64,000 nt of DNA, from the NCBI GenBank assembly GCA_028534125.1, contig CM052817.1, positions 56,360,001 to 56,424,000 on the forward strand, in the 5' to 3' direction. The notes below the pieces were generated by a model that did not search any database, was not told where the DNA came from, and was given only the letters and a program-made list of their open reading frames with translations. Source of the DNA: Lama glama (Eukaryota). How positions within the stretch are numbered: the stretch's first letter is position 1; each line of letters opens with the position of its first letter. The translations under genes and the position numbers were made by a program. Shown here piece by piece: positions 50,381-63,579 of the stretch.

Positions 50381-52985
50381 AGTACCAGGACTTCAAAGAA
50401 CATCTTAACTATTACAAATATTAATCTAGATAATAATAATTTATATTGCTTTTACTGGTATTCTATTTTTATATATCCTATTAATAACTCCTTCTCTTTG
50501 CTTGATTACTTGCACATAAGAACCTAAATACAAGAGAGATGTTTTATCCTTGCTTTTCCTTACATTTGCTACAATAATCTATGTCACAAAACCTCCCAAG
50601 AAATGCTGTCAAACAGCTAAAATTTAGGAAAAATAATACACCAATCATTTTCTTTGATTAAAAAATTATAATAAAACACATGAAGAAATTATTTGACAAA
50701 ATACTCTCCTGAAGCCTGTGTTAGCACATATAAAACAGTCAATATTAAAGGAAATAGTGTTACCTGTGTTACAAAGGGTTTATTTTAGTTAAAAAAAAAA
50801 TTGGGCACAATGTTTAGTTGACAATTTAACATAAGGCACAAAGTGTCATTAGTTATTAATTCCATTACTTCCCTGTATGGTTTAATTTGAGCACCCACAC
50901 TCTGTAAGGCATTTGTATTTTGAAAGTCTGATGAAAGGAATTGTGGTACGCATTAAAAAAGAACTATAATTTTAAAAAAGATTCTTAAGTTAATAACTAG
51001 ACCTACCCTAAGCAATAAGTAAATAAATAAAATAAAAGGAGGAATTAGTGAAATGATAGAAAAAAAAGCAATGGTTACTTCCAAGGGATACAAATCAGGA
51101 AATAAAAAACCAAAATGAATTTCTTCCCGTACCATTGGCTCTGCTTCTCTCTAATATTTGCCTCAGTTTTCAAGACTACAGACTACATCATTTCCCACTC
51201 TCATAGTTGAGGATGGACACCCCACAGTTCCTGAGTTTACAATTTATAATTCCAGCTCGCACACAGAGACTCAACAGTGTCCCTGAATCCCAACCCAGAG
51301 TTCTCAGGGACAGAATATGATCGGCCCAGCATGAGGTAGCAGTTATCTCTTCTGATTAATTGTGACTAAAATGACAGTGTCACATAGTACAGCAATAGCA
51401 CTTAATCCCTGGGGGTTAGGGAGGAAACTCTCAGCAGTTAGAGGTCATCGTGAAATGGAAAAATATCCTCAAATGTAGCTGTAGCATCCAGTATTATTCT
51501 TGAGACTGAATTGTCAGTGGGTGGCCTGTACTAGCTGCCTTCCAGAAACTCATGTTCATGTCAAATGATTTCCAGTGTAAGATTCTCTTTGAAATGTGCC
51601 CTATGACCACACTGCACATAGTGATCTCATTTCTCCCCACAGTCCAATAAATGTTTGGAAATCTTTTGCCATTCTTCATGAGACCTATTGAGTAAAGGCA
51701 ACTAAATGTTCTTGATGGGATTTCTGCATTGCCATTTGTTCAGCATGGTTTATGGATGCTGATTAACAATGCTATTTATCTTTCACCGGCAGGATTCCAG
51801 GTATGCTTGATGCATAACAAAAGATGCAATGATTTGGTTAGCCTAAAAGTCAATTCAATGAGAAATATAATAGCAGGTCAGTTGTATGCTATTATAGAGA
51901 GAGACCAATAAAAGGAACAACAGCCACAAAAATCAGTTGATTGGTTGACTGAATATTTTTTAAACAATAAGTTGGAATGATGTCGAGACAATTATAGAGA
52001 CAGAATTGGGGCATGTCCTAGTTAAAATTCTGAGGTGTCTGTCACATGATTCCACTTTAACTGTCATGATTCTCTGTGCATCTTTTTAAGCCCTTCCACT
52101 TTTTTTGTGTGCATTGTCTTCATTCTGCCTCACCAGTAATAGAGGAAGTTGAATTGTACTGGGTAGTCTGATGACGTGAGACTTACTGCATTCCCACAGT
52201 AACTAAAACTGATCTGAGTTACACTCACTTGCTCCTCTCTGAAATGGAAAAGATGAGCAATTGAGCAAGATAGCCTCAAATCCACTTGGATATCAAAGTC
52301 TGAGAAAATTTAGATTCATTCATATTTATGATTTTAGGCTAATTGCTAAGTGCCGCATTTGGCTTTTGGTAAGAATAGCATTGACGATTTCTCTGAAAAT
52401 CAGGGGAGTACTTTTGCCTCTACAAATAGTAATGACTGTTGAAAAGCTGCATTAGTTTTTGACGCTAGAGGTAGCTGACAACAGTTAAACAGGATAATCC
52501 TCCTGGGAATATTTACATTTCCAAAGAAATGCTGGGGAAGAAGACAGTTAACCCAAAACATTAGAGACTGCATGTGAATGATATGTGATGGTGGCCACCC
52601 TATGGAGTATTTGGGCACAGGGCTGCTCCAGCTCTGTTTATATCAACCTACATAACTGACACATAATGTTTCAAATGCTTACAAAGTAAAACTCACCACT
52701 TACTAAATTTTTCTCTTTGTATTTTATAATAGCAATCTTAGTATATTAAGGCTTATAATAGATTCTTCAATCATGTCTAAGTTTGAATTGGTATTTCAGT
52801 GTAAAGACATTGCTTACAATGCTAAATTTAATTACTCCAAAAATCATCTTTGGGATGACTATGTCTGAGCCTAAAATCAGACAGATATTTGTATATACAT
52901 CGTAGTTACTTTTGTTTCTCTGCTTTTGTGACTTCAGAATTAGAGACTATTCTCTGATTTTTCCATATAGAAGCTGTGACAGTCA

Positions 52986-53465
52986 TGTCGCTGAAATAAA
53001 TGCAGAGCCTAAAAGCTGAGAGTTATGTTTCGTTTGGCAGGAGGACTCGAGCTGGGATGACAGCCTCTCAGATCCCTCTGAGGGACTGCTCCGGAGAGGT
53101 AGGGGAGAAGCTAGGATACCTAAGAGCTTTACAACAAAGACCAGGTAGTTGGAACAATAAAAGATTACTTGTTATCTAAAGAAAACTAGGCACCTCAAGT
53201 TAAAGAATTCAGTGCTTTTCTATGTATGGGAGGAAGCAAACATTTGGGCTCATTGAATTCATTCCTTTGACAAGCACCTCGATACCTAGGGTCAGTATCC
53301 TGTCCTTTCTTTAATTCCGAGTCCCCTCAAAGTGCACCGTTGTGAGTGGCTGCAGAGGCTGGGCTGCAGGCTTGACTTCACTGGGGGGTGGCGGCAGCCG
53401 CTGATGACTTGATGGTTTCAGCATTTTCTGTTTACTGATATGGTTTGCAGTGTTTTTTGTTCACA
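52986..53465 (-). mobile_element. Young ERV1-class solo LTR (480 bp) with GTCA target-site duplication
   Basis: TG...CA termini. Perfect TSD gtca at 52982-52985 and 53466-53469. Motifs cagcctctcagat...tgagggactgctcc and tcaagttaaagaattcagtgcttttctatgtatgggagg are typical of cetartiodactyl MER41/LTR39-like LTRs. Confidence 0.85.
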
Positions 53466-53822
53466 GTCATTAATATAGTTCTTCTCATTTCTAAGTGCAT
53501 GCTTTTTTGAGATGCTTTTTGCGATGATGATTCTGAGGCTGAATTCTGTCAACATTTCTCTTCTGCTAACGACAGCACTGTTAGGCCTTTTCATAGAGGA
53601 TGGAGGATGGTCCTTGTGAGGCTGTGGCATCTTTAGCCTGCCCACACTCTCCTGATCCTTGACCCCTTCGGTCCTCTCCTATTCCTTCCGCCAGGTTTCT
53701 CTGCCTCTGATAGACAGTGTTTCTGTGGCAGCCACACATTCTCCTGCAAGTTCAGAATCTCTGGTTTGATGGAGGTGGGGCCAGAGGATGTTTCCCTAAG
53801 GTTTTAGTTTCTTCCTTGCTCG

Positions 53823-54435
53823 TGATGCAGGAAAACAGATGTGGGGCATGAGGAGGGCCGTGTCCCAGACTTCGGTTGAGCCACTGGGACGTGCCCGGCC
53901 ATGCGTGGGTCCTTGGCTTCGCGCAGGAAAGAATTCAAGAGCGAGCCACAGTTGAGTAAAAGTAGATTTATTCAGAGAGATACATTGAAAGGCCACAAGG
54001 TGTGGGGGTGGGTGCTCAGATTAAAAGTAGGTACACACTCCATAGACAGAGTGCAGGCCATCTCCGAATGGAGAGAGAGGCGGGCGTGAGGTACCATGTT
54101 GCCAGTTTTTATGGGCTTAGTGGCTTTATAAGCTAGTAAGCGGAAGGACCAGTCTAAGTATCCTGGGGAAGGGGCTGGGAGTCCCAGGAAGTTGGCCATT
54201 TCATACTCTTTGACCTTTTGTGGCTGGCCTTGGGACTGCCATGGTGCCTGGGGGCATGTTATTCACCATGTTAATATATTACAATGGGCGTACAATGAAG
54301 CTCAAGATCTGCTAGAAGTTAAATCTCCCATCATCTTGAGCCTCAAGGCCTACTGGGGGTTGAATCTTCCACTATTTTGATGTTAATTGCTGTAGCATTC
54401 CTTGAGTGGCTGTGCCCTGCCCCCTTCCTGTCTCA
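53823..54435 (-). mobile_element. Young ERV1-class solo LTR nested in an older ERVL-class LTR (about 53600-54604)
   Basis: TG...CA termini. TSD ctcg/ctca, consistent with CpG decay. Contains caggaaagaattcaagagcgagcc...gatttattc. Retains several CpGs. Confidence 0.85.
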
Positions 54436-55559
54436 CTCACTCACTCACTCAGCCCTACAGATAGTGCCCTATGCATTGGCTTTCTCGGAATTCCTAGAGT
54501 CCTTTTAGTAGTTACCCTTTTTTACTAGTTAATAATGATTTACATTAAGTTGTCCTAGTTCAAATTGCTGATCTAGTTTTTACTTTGTGACAGATGGAAA
54601 TACATATTTATATTTAAAAAGTCACACTGAAAAGTTTAAAGTGTGTTGGTGGTAACTCCTTCATAAGAAACTATCACTAGATCTCAAGGAAACGCTGTTC
54701 AAAATGCCAATTCAAGTAGGTGGGGTTAATCTGTTCTAACACTTGTGTTTTAGGTTTCAGAGAAAAGACAGTATTTGGTCATAAAGGTAAATATATCTAG
54801 TAAACGACTGTATTCATTACTTGACTCATTACAGAAACGTCTTTCCCTATGTAAGTGTTTCATATATATTAGAAGCCTTGGGAAGTTTTTTGTGACTTTG
54901 AAGAAGTTTCCTAATGATATTCATTTCCATCATTTGTATAGTCAGTTCAGACAAACGACAGAACAGTTAGCTGAAGCAGCTTAAAATAGTTAATGGGATA
55001 CTGTTGCCACGGGGCTAGAACTCTGTCTCTCAGGAAAGTAGCCTATATCCTATTAGACGCTCCTAAATCTTTTCTATTTGGGGTTTTAGTTATATTACTT
55101 CCCATATCATCACTGTATTATACAATTACCTGAGGCACCTTTAAAGCACTGATACTCTCATGTGAAGTCAAGAACACTTCAAGCCTCAGAGCACTGGAGA
55201 AGAGGCTTTAGAGGTTGTTTGGCAAAACCCACCTTCCTTCCCCAAAGCAGAAGGTGCTGAAATCACCTCTAAGAAATCAGCAGAAATCCAAAAGCTAAAG
55301 ACCCTCAGAAATGAGATTCTTAGAATTTATCTCCTCCCAACATCATCTCAACTCCCTTAGCTCACTGTAGTGTTCACTAGCTCATGCCATCGCACTATTC
55401 CCACCACCCACACTGTAACTGAAATGGGACAAGCTATGATGTTCTTTCACAGCTGTCTCTCTCCTGCCCCATATACCTCAAGGTCAGAAGGCAGAGGCGG
55501 CGTCTTCACAGCTCTCCAATGCCTTTTCTAGGTAGTTGCTCTCCCGGCTTTATAGATCC

Positions 55560-57070
55560 TGCTGCTCCTATGAGTTAATCATATCCGATTCTACAACTCC
55601 TCCTCCTCATTGCAGCAGTCCCCAAATTTCTCTGTCTTTATCACTAATCAATTAGTCAGGAATCATTAGTCATCGATCAATGAAGACTTCCCAATCTACT
55701 CTTTCCAACCTAACCCCTGTCATAACATTTCAATGTCCATGAAAACAGTTTTCCAGAGTACTAGCCAGTCTTTCTACCTCTATATCACTGATAACCTTAT
55801 CCTCCAGTACTTTTCTGCCACCTGATCTTATATTCTCCCCATGACCTAAAGCTATTTCATCTCCTAAACTGTTAAACATGCCAGTCTCTGGCCACAATCC
55901 CTGTCCTCTTCAACATCCTCTTCTTAGGGATCATGCAGATCAACAGTATGTGATGTAAAATCAATGCCATCTTCCTTTTATTTCCTCTGTATCAAGCTTT
56001 TATTCCAAATAAAAAAAAAATCCTCATTTCAGTCACAATCTTGAAAATGTCCAGATCTCTGCACCATTGCTTTCCCATTACAACTTTGTGGCAAATCAAC
56101 ATCCATGGTGAACCCAATCAGAAGCTTTGCCCGTGACTACAATCAGGCAGCTGGACATTTCTGGAGAAAGATTACATATCTGAGAATTTTATAATAATTT
56201 GTGGTTTTCAGCCTCACAAGGGACTTCAAAATTTCCCAGAGACATCACAGTGTTTCTCCAGTAAGTTAGCTCTCCCTAAACCTCTGACCTCCTTATATCT
56301 TTCTGCATTAAGAATATTACTTTCTCTCTGCTGCACTGATAAAAATAGAAGTTTCTATCTGATGCAGACTCTGTCAACTGTCTCTCTCCAATAAACAGAA
56401 CAATATGCACTATAAACATTCTCCTCTTGCTCTGATGCTATAGTGTGGGAAAAAATGTCTTCTCTTTCTTAAGGTCCATCTGAGCTTTGGTTCCATGTTC
56501 TTTGGAATTTTTAGGACTCTTTTGCTATAGATTTTCTTTTCCATCCCTCAGAGTCATTTTCAATCCATTCATTTCTACCCATTAGAATTCAAGTAAGTTT
56601 TTGTCAGTGGTTCTCATAATGCAACTCTGCAATATAGTCATGCAGAGTACTTTATTTAACTAATACCAAGAGACTCTGGTTAATTGGCCATTAGTAAGTC
56701 CTGGACATCTTTTTAAAAAATATTCTCCAGATTATTTTAATGAACAGGATTGAAAAACTCTGTTATAGTCTCTCATATATAATTAAAATTATCTCTCCCA
56801 GTATACACATGTCTTTCAGATACCACTGTATTGCTTTTCTTCCCTTCAAAGCAAAATATCTTTAAGAGTAATTTACACTAGTTATCTAAATGGCCTTCTT
56901 CATCATTGACTTATCAACAGTCTTCACAGAAATTTTTCCTTGCTAAATAGAAAAATGGTCAGCACATAACTAAATCTAATACATACCTTAAGTCCTTATT
57001 TTACTTAACTTCACAGCATTTTACACATGTGACCATTTGATATTCTTGCAACACTTTTATTCCCATAAGA
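55560..57070 (+). mobile_element. L2 ORF2 remnant, interrupted by a MER5-like element at about 56605-56762
   Basis: aagtccttattttacttaacttcacagcattttacacatgtgacca corresponds to the VLILLDLSAAFDTVDH region. ttcaatgtccatg resembles the endonuclease DFN motif. cagtggttctca...ttgaaaaactctg are MER5-type termini. Confidence 0.6.
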
Positions 57071-57225
57071 CCACTAAAAGTAAGAACCCTGTCCCTATGG
57101 TTCCATGGATAGACTTCCAGGAGGCTTAAATACCATGCAGAAAAGTGTGTGTGTCTATGTACATAAGCAAGGTTACAAGTATAATACATTATCCAAAGCA
57201 ACACACTTTTAACAGTGAAAGGTAC

Positions 57226-57711
57226 TGTTGGGGGAGAATAGGTTGTGGCCTCATGCAGGAAAGAATTCAAGAACAAGGCATGCTAAAGTGAAAGTAAGTT
57301 TATTTAGAAAGATACACACTCCATAGACAGAGGTCAGTCTGTCTCACTCAGAAGGAGATACACACTCCGTAAGCAGAAGGTGGGCCACATTAGAAGGTAA
57401 GAGGGAGCGCAATCACAAGGTGCCGAGTTGTTAGGCTTTATGGGCTTGGTAATTTCATACGCTAATGAGTAGGACAATTATTCCAGTTACTTTGGGGAAG
57501 GGGAAAGGATTTCAAGGAAATGCCCTCCGCCCACTTTTGACCTTTTATGGTCATCCTAGGAACTGTCATGGCGCCCGTGGTTGTGCCATGAGGCTCAAGG
57601 TCTACTGGAAGTCAAATCTTCCACCATCCTGGTTCTGACTAGTTTGTCTTGTCCTCAATTGCTGTATTATTCCTTGGGTGGTTGTGCCCTGCCCACTTTC
57701 CTCCCGCTTCA
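57226..57711 (-). mobile_element. ERV1-class solo LTR (486 bp) with GTAC target-site duplication, related to 53823-54435
   Basis: TG...CA termini. Perfect TSD gtac at 57222-57225 and 57712-57715. Shares gcaggaaagaattcaaga, tacacactccatagacagag, tttgacctttt and tgtgccctgccc with the 53823 LTR. Confidence 0.85.
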
Positions 57712-58479
57712 GTACCTGATTAACATTTCACTAGGACACAGACACAAACTAGGAGTATTCAAAGTAAACTGGGTTATATGGTCATAGGACATAGAAGCAG
57801 AATAAATATTAACTGATTTCCCCAAAGCCAGATGGTTCATTTGTATTAAATAAAAAAGAAGGACAAAACAGTTTTCCTAGTTCTGGTGGCCTTTTCACTA
57901 TTTCATAATCTATATGAAATCCCTGTTGTCTTCATTATAAATACAAAATTTTCAGAGCATTATACAGTTGGAATGATTAATGACCACTTTAAAAAATTAA
58001 GGATATTTTCCTTATAAATTCTACATTGCAGACTCCAATTTGGGGTCATTTTTATCCTACTATATTTTAATCGCAATATGTTTCTGACTTGGACTTTGAA
58101 AATATCAATTTCTAGACGTTAAAAAACCACACTCTTCAGAATTTCTCCTAGCAACTGTAAATATCCTAACAATACAAAGGCTGTACTAAAAATTCTGTGT
58201 AACCTGATTTTGCTTTTAATGTGGTATACTTTTGCTTCATATTAACATAATTAAAATGTTATTTCAACTGGTTCTAAATTACAAGAGAATGAAGGCTGAA
58301 TGCTCTCAGTTTTTATACTCTTCATTCCTCCCATAACATGCTAGCACCCTTACTGTCCTTTCAGGTAGATGTCCTTCACTTTATCTTAGTCATAATGATT
58401 CTTATTGTATGTCTGTGTCAGCTGAGTTCTTGACAAAGTAATAAGTTGTAAGAAAAAGAACAATAAACAATGTAAAAAA

Positions 58480-59580
58480 GTGTTCTTTGGCTAAAGGATT
58501 ATTATCCTTAATATACAAACTCTTAAAATGCAATAATAAAAACCAATCAACCCAACTGAAAAAAGCAATGGGCCAAAGACCTCACCGGATTCTTTACCAG
58601 AGATTTACAAGTGGCAAATAATCATATGAAAAAAATGCTCCACATCGTATGAGGGAAATTAAAATTAAAATGACACTGCAAATTAAAACGCATTGATAAA
58701 ATGGCCAAAATATGGACCACTGACAACATTAAATGCTGATAAAGATGTGAAGCAATAGAAACTCTCCTTCATTGTTGGTGAGAATGCAAAATAGTACAGT
58801 CATTTTGGAAGACAGTTTGGAGGTTTCTTACAAAACAAATCATATTCTTACCATATGATCCTGCAATCACACTCCTTAGTAATTTCTTCAAATTAGCTGA
58901 AAATTTATGTCCACCCAAAGAACTGTATATGGCTGTTTATAGCAGCTTTGTTTATAATTGCTCAAAACTTGGAAGGAACCAAGATATCTTCAGCAGGTTA
59001 ATGGAAAAATAAACTATGCTATATTCAGACTATGAAATATTATTCAGTACAAAAACAAACAAACAAGAAGTGTTATCAAGCCATGAAGAGACAAGGAGGA
59101 ATCTTAAAGGAATATTATAAGTGAAAGAAGTCAATATGAAAAGTCTACATACTGTATTCATTCCAGAATATATAACATTCTAGAAGACGCAAAACTATGG
59201 ACAGAGTAGAAAAAAAATCAGTGGTTGCCAGGGGTTAGGGGCATGAGAGGGATGAATGGGTGGAACATAAAGGATTTTAAAGCAGTGAAAATACTCGGTA
59301 TGGTGCTGTAATGATAGATACTTGTCATTATACATTTGTCCAAATCCACAGAATGTACAATACCAAGAGTGAACCATAACATAAACTATGAACTTTAGGT
59401 GTTCATGATGTGCCCATGTACAATTCATCACTTGAAACAAATGTACCCTCTGGTTGGGGACGCTGGTAAGGGGTGAGGCTACATATGTGTGGAATAGGGG
59501 GGGTATATGGGAAATCTCTGTACAGTCCCCTCAATTTTGCTGTGAATCTAAAATTGCTCTAAAATATAAATTCTTATAGA
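58480..59580 (+). mobile_element. L1MC-type LINE 3' portion
   Basis: ORF2 end (atgggccaaagacctc, ttggaagacagtttgg, accatatgatcctgcaatcacactcctt) and the same L1MC 3' UTR seen at 17641-17954. Confidence 0.88.
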
Positions 59581-60609
59581 AAAGATTTTTTTAGGTGTCC
59601 TTTTTAGCTCTGTCCTAAGGTGAAACATTTATTTTCATACACAAAATAAATACCAATAAATGTACTATATAATAATCTTCCAAGTTTTCTGACAATAATA
59701 CATTTTAAATAACCCTAAAATAATGAATATTCATAAAGAAAATAGAAATACACCCTCAATTTGGCAGTCTGTCACATGTGAAATGAAACTTCTGAAGTAG
59801 ACAGGAAGATAATAGTTACTGAAGTATAAACAAATGTGACATCAGCTATGCAATCTACAAATGACAGCTACTTAGCCATTTCACTGCTTATTTTTCTTTG
59901 ATCATCTTTTTCTGATCATCTTTGAAGAAATTCACACGGTATATGCATTATACACAAAGTTAAGCAATAGAGTGATTTTGTTAGATTTTTTTTAACATCA
60001 TTAAATGAAACCCCTTTACCACACTGAAATAAGCTTGATTAATAAAGTACAAGTAAAAATAATAGGCTATATTTTTTGAACTACTCACTACCTAGTCTTG
60101 AGGTCTCTTCTTTAAAGTTCTTCCTCATTTTAAAAATTCTTTACAATTATTTATAAGTTTAATTTAAGGTCATTTATGCACACATACGAAATTTTACACA
60201 GTACAGGCTGATTCAAAATGCTGTCTTTAGAATGCCTGTCTTACCCTCTCATCTCTCTTACTTAACCTCTTCCCCTCTGTGTAAACCAAGTTAATAATGG
60301 AATATACATACTAGCAAGTTTTTCTATGTGTCTACTTAATATAGGTTTATAAGAGACTATTCATCATCATTTTTGTTAGAAAGATTCAAGTGTGACACAT
60401 TTTTCTTCAACTTACATTTCTTTCTTGACATACCTTTTGCAATACCTTGAAAGTCAACTGATGGAGCTTAAATTAATTCTTTATTTAATGGCTACATATT
60501 ACCTCATGCTGTAGATATGGTATAACTTCTTAGATCATCACAAAGAATGATAGGTTTCTATATTGTTTCTACAAAAATATTGCAATAAACTTTCGTATAT
60601 GTTTACAAT

Positions 60610-60925
60610 ATTTTTATTGAAGTACAGTTGATTTACAATGTGTTACTTTCTGGTGTACATTCTTATATACATATTCTTTTTCATAATAGGTTATTACAAG
60701 ATACTGAGTATCATTCTCTGTGCTATTCTGGAGGACCTTGTTGTTTATCTATTTTACGTATGGTACTTTGCATCTGCTAATCCCAAACTCCTAATTTATC
60801 CCCCTGACTTTCCGCTGTGGTACCCATAAGTTCGTTTTCTAAGTCTGTGAGTCTGTTTCTGTTTTGTAAATAAGTGCATTTGTATCATTTTATTAGATTC
60901 CGCATACAAGTGATATTATATGATA
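60610..60925 (-). mobile_element. Young lineage-specific L1 3' end, inserted in an older antisense L1M
   Basis: ttttattgaagtacagttgatttacaatgtg...ataggttattacaagatactgagtat...ctaatcccaaactcctaatttatcccc...tgtgagtctgtttctgttttgtaaataag...agattccgcatacaagtga. Confidence 0.88.
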
Positions 60926-61129
60926 TCACTTACATGTTTATCTTTATGTTCTACGTTTATCTATCTTGGTTTACACAGAGGGGAAGAGGGAGGTAAGAGA
61001 GGTGAGGAGGGTAACAGGCGCTTTGAAGACAGATCTATGAAATCAGCCTATCCTTGTCTTCAAGGAAGAGACTTCAGACTATGTAGTGAGTAGTTCAAAG
61101 AATAAAGCCTATTATTTTCACTTGTACTT

Positions 61130-61688
61130 TAAAATTTGCTTGAGAAATAGTTTTCTATGATCAGGCTTGCTAGGATAATATGTACATAAATTAAAATTTT
61201 TATTTTTTCAGTTTGTTTTTCAGTGCATTTATAATTTCACATTTTACAATCTCAGTGTGTGAGAATACCATTTTCCTCCTAGTTGGCAAAAATTGTCTAT
61301 TTCGAATATTTTCCAGTCTAATGTATATAAACTATCTCATGTTACTGAAATTGTTATTTATCTACTGGTGAATTAAAGACTTTCTCACATTTGTTAACCA
61401 TTTGAACACGCTTTTCTCACAATTTCTTATTCAAAATCTCAGGCTACTTACGCACTGAAGTTGCTTGCTTTTACCTTGTCAGTTCTGTAATGGTGAAGAA
61501 CTCTTTGTGAATTCCAGAGTCTAGACTCTTACCAATTGAGTATTTTCTAAATTGAAGAATATGTAGATATATAATTTCTCCAAATAGCATGCTTGTATTA
61601 TTTTTTATGGTTTCTAAGATTCTACTTTTGGCAAATGATATTTTCTATGATTCTAAACTGTACAGGATTGATTTAGATTTTTCTAAGA

Positions 61689-61721
<33 letters not shown>

Positions 61722-63002
61722 CTTATATATAAAGATATATCTTATATATATATATGTTGTTTTTTTGCATGTACAATTCTATCCTTGGAAAAATCTTGCA
61801 TCTGTAATATAAGGTTGGTACACAAACTTAATTTTCTTCTAGAAGCATCATCAGTATAGGCCAGATTATTTAAAAAATAGTGCATCTCATATCCACTGAA
61901 TTGAAATAACATTTTTCATATAATATATTCTTTTATACCGAAATCTGTCTCTGCAAATCATGTTGTTTGGCTCTGCTCTATTCATCTAGTCCAATGCTCG
62001 TGCCACACTGATGTTATGATTATATTAAGAGATAATGATATTGACAATGTAGCACTCTTTTTCTTCTTTTTAAAACTTCTTCTTAGATATTGTAAAATAT
62101 TACTGTGCCAGATGAATGTTGAAGTTAGTTTACCCGGGGGCACAAGAATTATTTTGAAAATGTGAAAGTACTTGGAGAATTCATATCTGTAAGAAACTGG
62201 TTTCATAACCAAGGACATATGTATTTTGCCATATGTTTAGATCTCATTTCTATATTTCACTAAGATTTTTAATATAATTTCTATTATGTTCTTAAAACAT
62301 ATTTCTAAGTTTTTAGAGTTTATGTGGTATTGTGAATAGCATCTTTTTCCAATTTTTACTACTAGAAGCATATTGCTGGCATAAATAGCAATTGACTTAC
62401 ATGTTAATATCATATAGAACAAAATTATCAACTTTTTTTTTTTTCTGGCAGTTTTTACTGGAAGCTCTCTGGCTTTTGAGGAATTCAATCATAAGGAATT
62501 CAATCATAGTAAAGGAGCGAAACTTGCCTCTTATGTTCCAATGTTTATGCTGTTTATTTACTTTTCTTGTCCAGTACATCTTCTACAAACTTTAAGACAA
62601 CATTAAACAAATACAGATGATAACTGGCAACACTGGCTAGTTACTGTTTTAATTAAAATATATATATTTTTAAGATTTCCACATTGGAATGGTATTTTTA
62701 CTAAGTAAATTTAAGTAGTTTGTAATATTTATAAAGTTTTCTTCTATTATGTATGTTTAGGGTTTTATTTATGATGATAGTGAAATATTATCAAATGTTC
62801 TACATTTTTATGTTTATCTTCGTGTTTTTCCCCCTTACGTGTTGATGTAATTGATACTATAAGCATATATAATTGTACTGAAACCACCCTTCCAGTTCTT
62901 AAATTAAACCTATTTGATCATAGTATATTATTCTTGATATACAGTTGAACTATAATGCTAATATCTTACTCAGATTTTTTACATCTATTTTCATAAGTGA
63001 TG
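61130..63002 (-). mobile_element. Ancient L1M (ME-like) ORF2/3' fragments
   Basis: Antisense L1 motifs: tatctcattgttactgaaattg, gtgccacactg, ttgtactgaaaccacccttccag, gatttttttacatctattttcataagtga. Probably continues at about 60160-60600. Confidence 0.6.
61684..61755. repeat. (TA)n-rich compound microsatellite
   Basis: Seen directly. Confidence 0.9.
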
Positions 63003-63579
63003 AAAGAATGTTTATAAGGTAAAGAAAATATATCTAAGCAATGTCTTACTATATTGAATGAATATAGCTTGAACTAACTTACTGAAATAAAATATTTTGA
63101 CTTTACCATTTTACTGATACTGTTATAATCAACATTTCAGCAATCATTAAGATAAAGAAATTTAAAACTCATTGATTCTGTACTTGGTGGTCCCTTAGCA
63201 TATAATTTCAGGAACAATGTACTTTAGGCCTTAAAAATAGAAATTTCCTAAATGTCAATAATAAAACAGCCCCAAAGTGCTATAAATAAATCAACCAATG
63301 AAGTGCATATACATATACACTATTTTACAACTCACCTCAGAAAAAAGCAGCAAGTCCTGATGTGATTTCAGAGGTGCTGGGAAGTCTATGTATATTTGAC
63401 AGATAATCTCCCAGGGCTAGTGCCCAGCACAGTAGAGGCTCCCTACGACCCTGTTCTAGCACCATGCCTCCCATCAGTTCTGACTGGACACTTACTATAC
63501 TCTACCTGTTGTTAATATTTTGAAAATCTTACATGTTATAAACATATATTTTTAGAAGTTAACTTTTAATAAAGAATGA

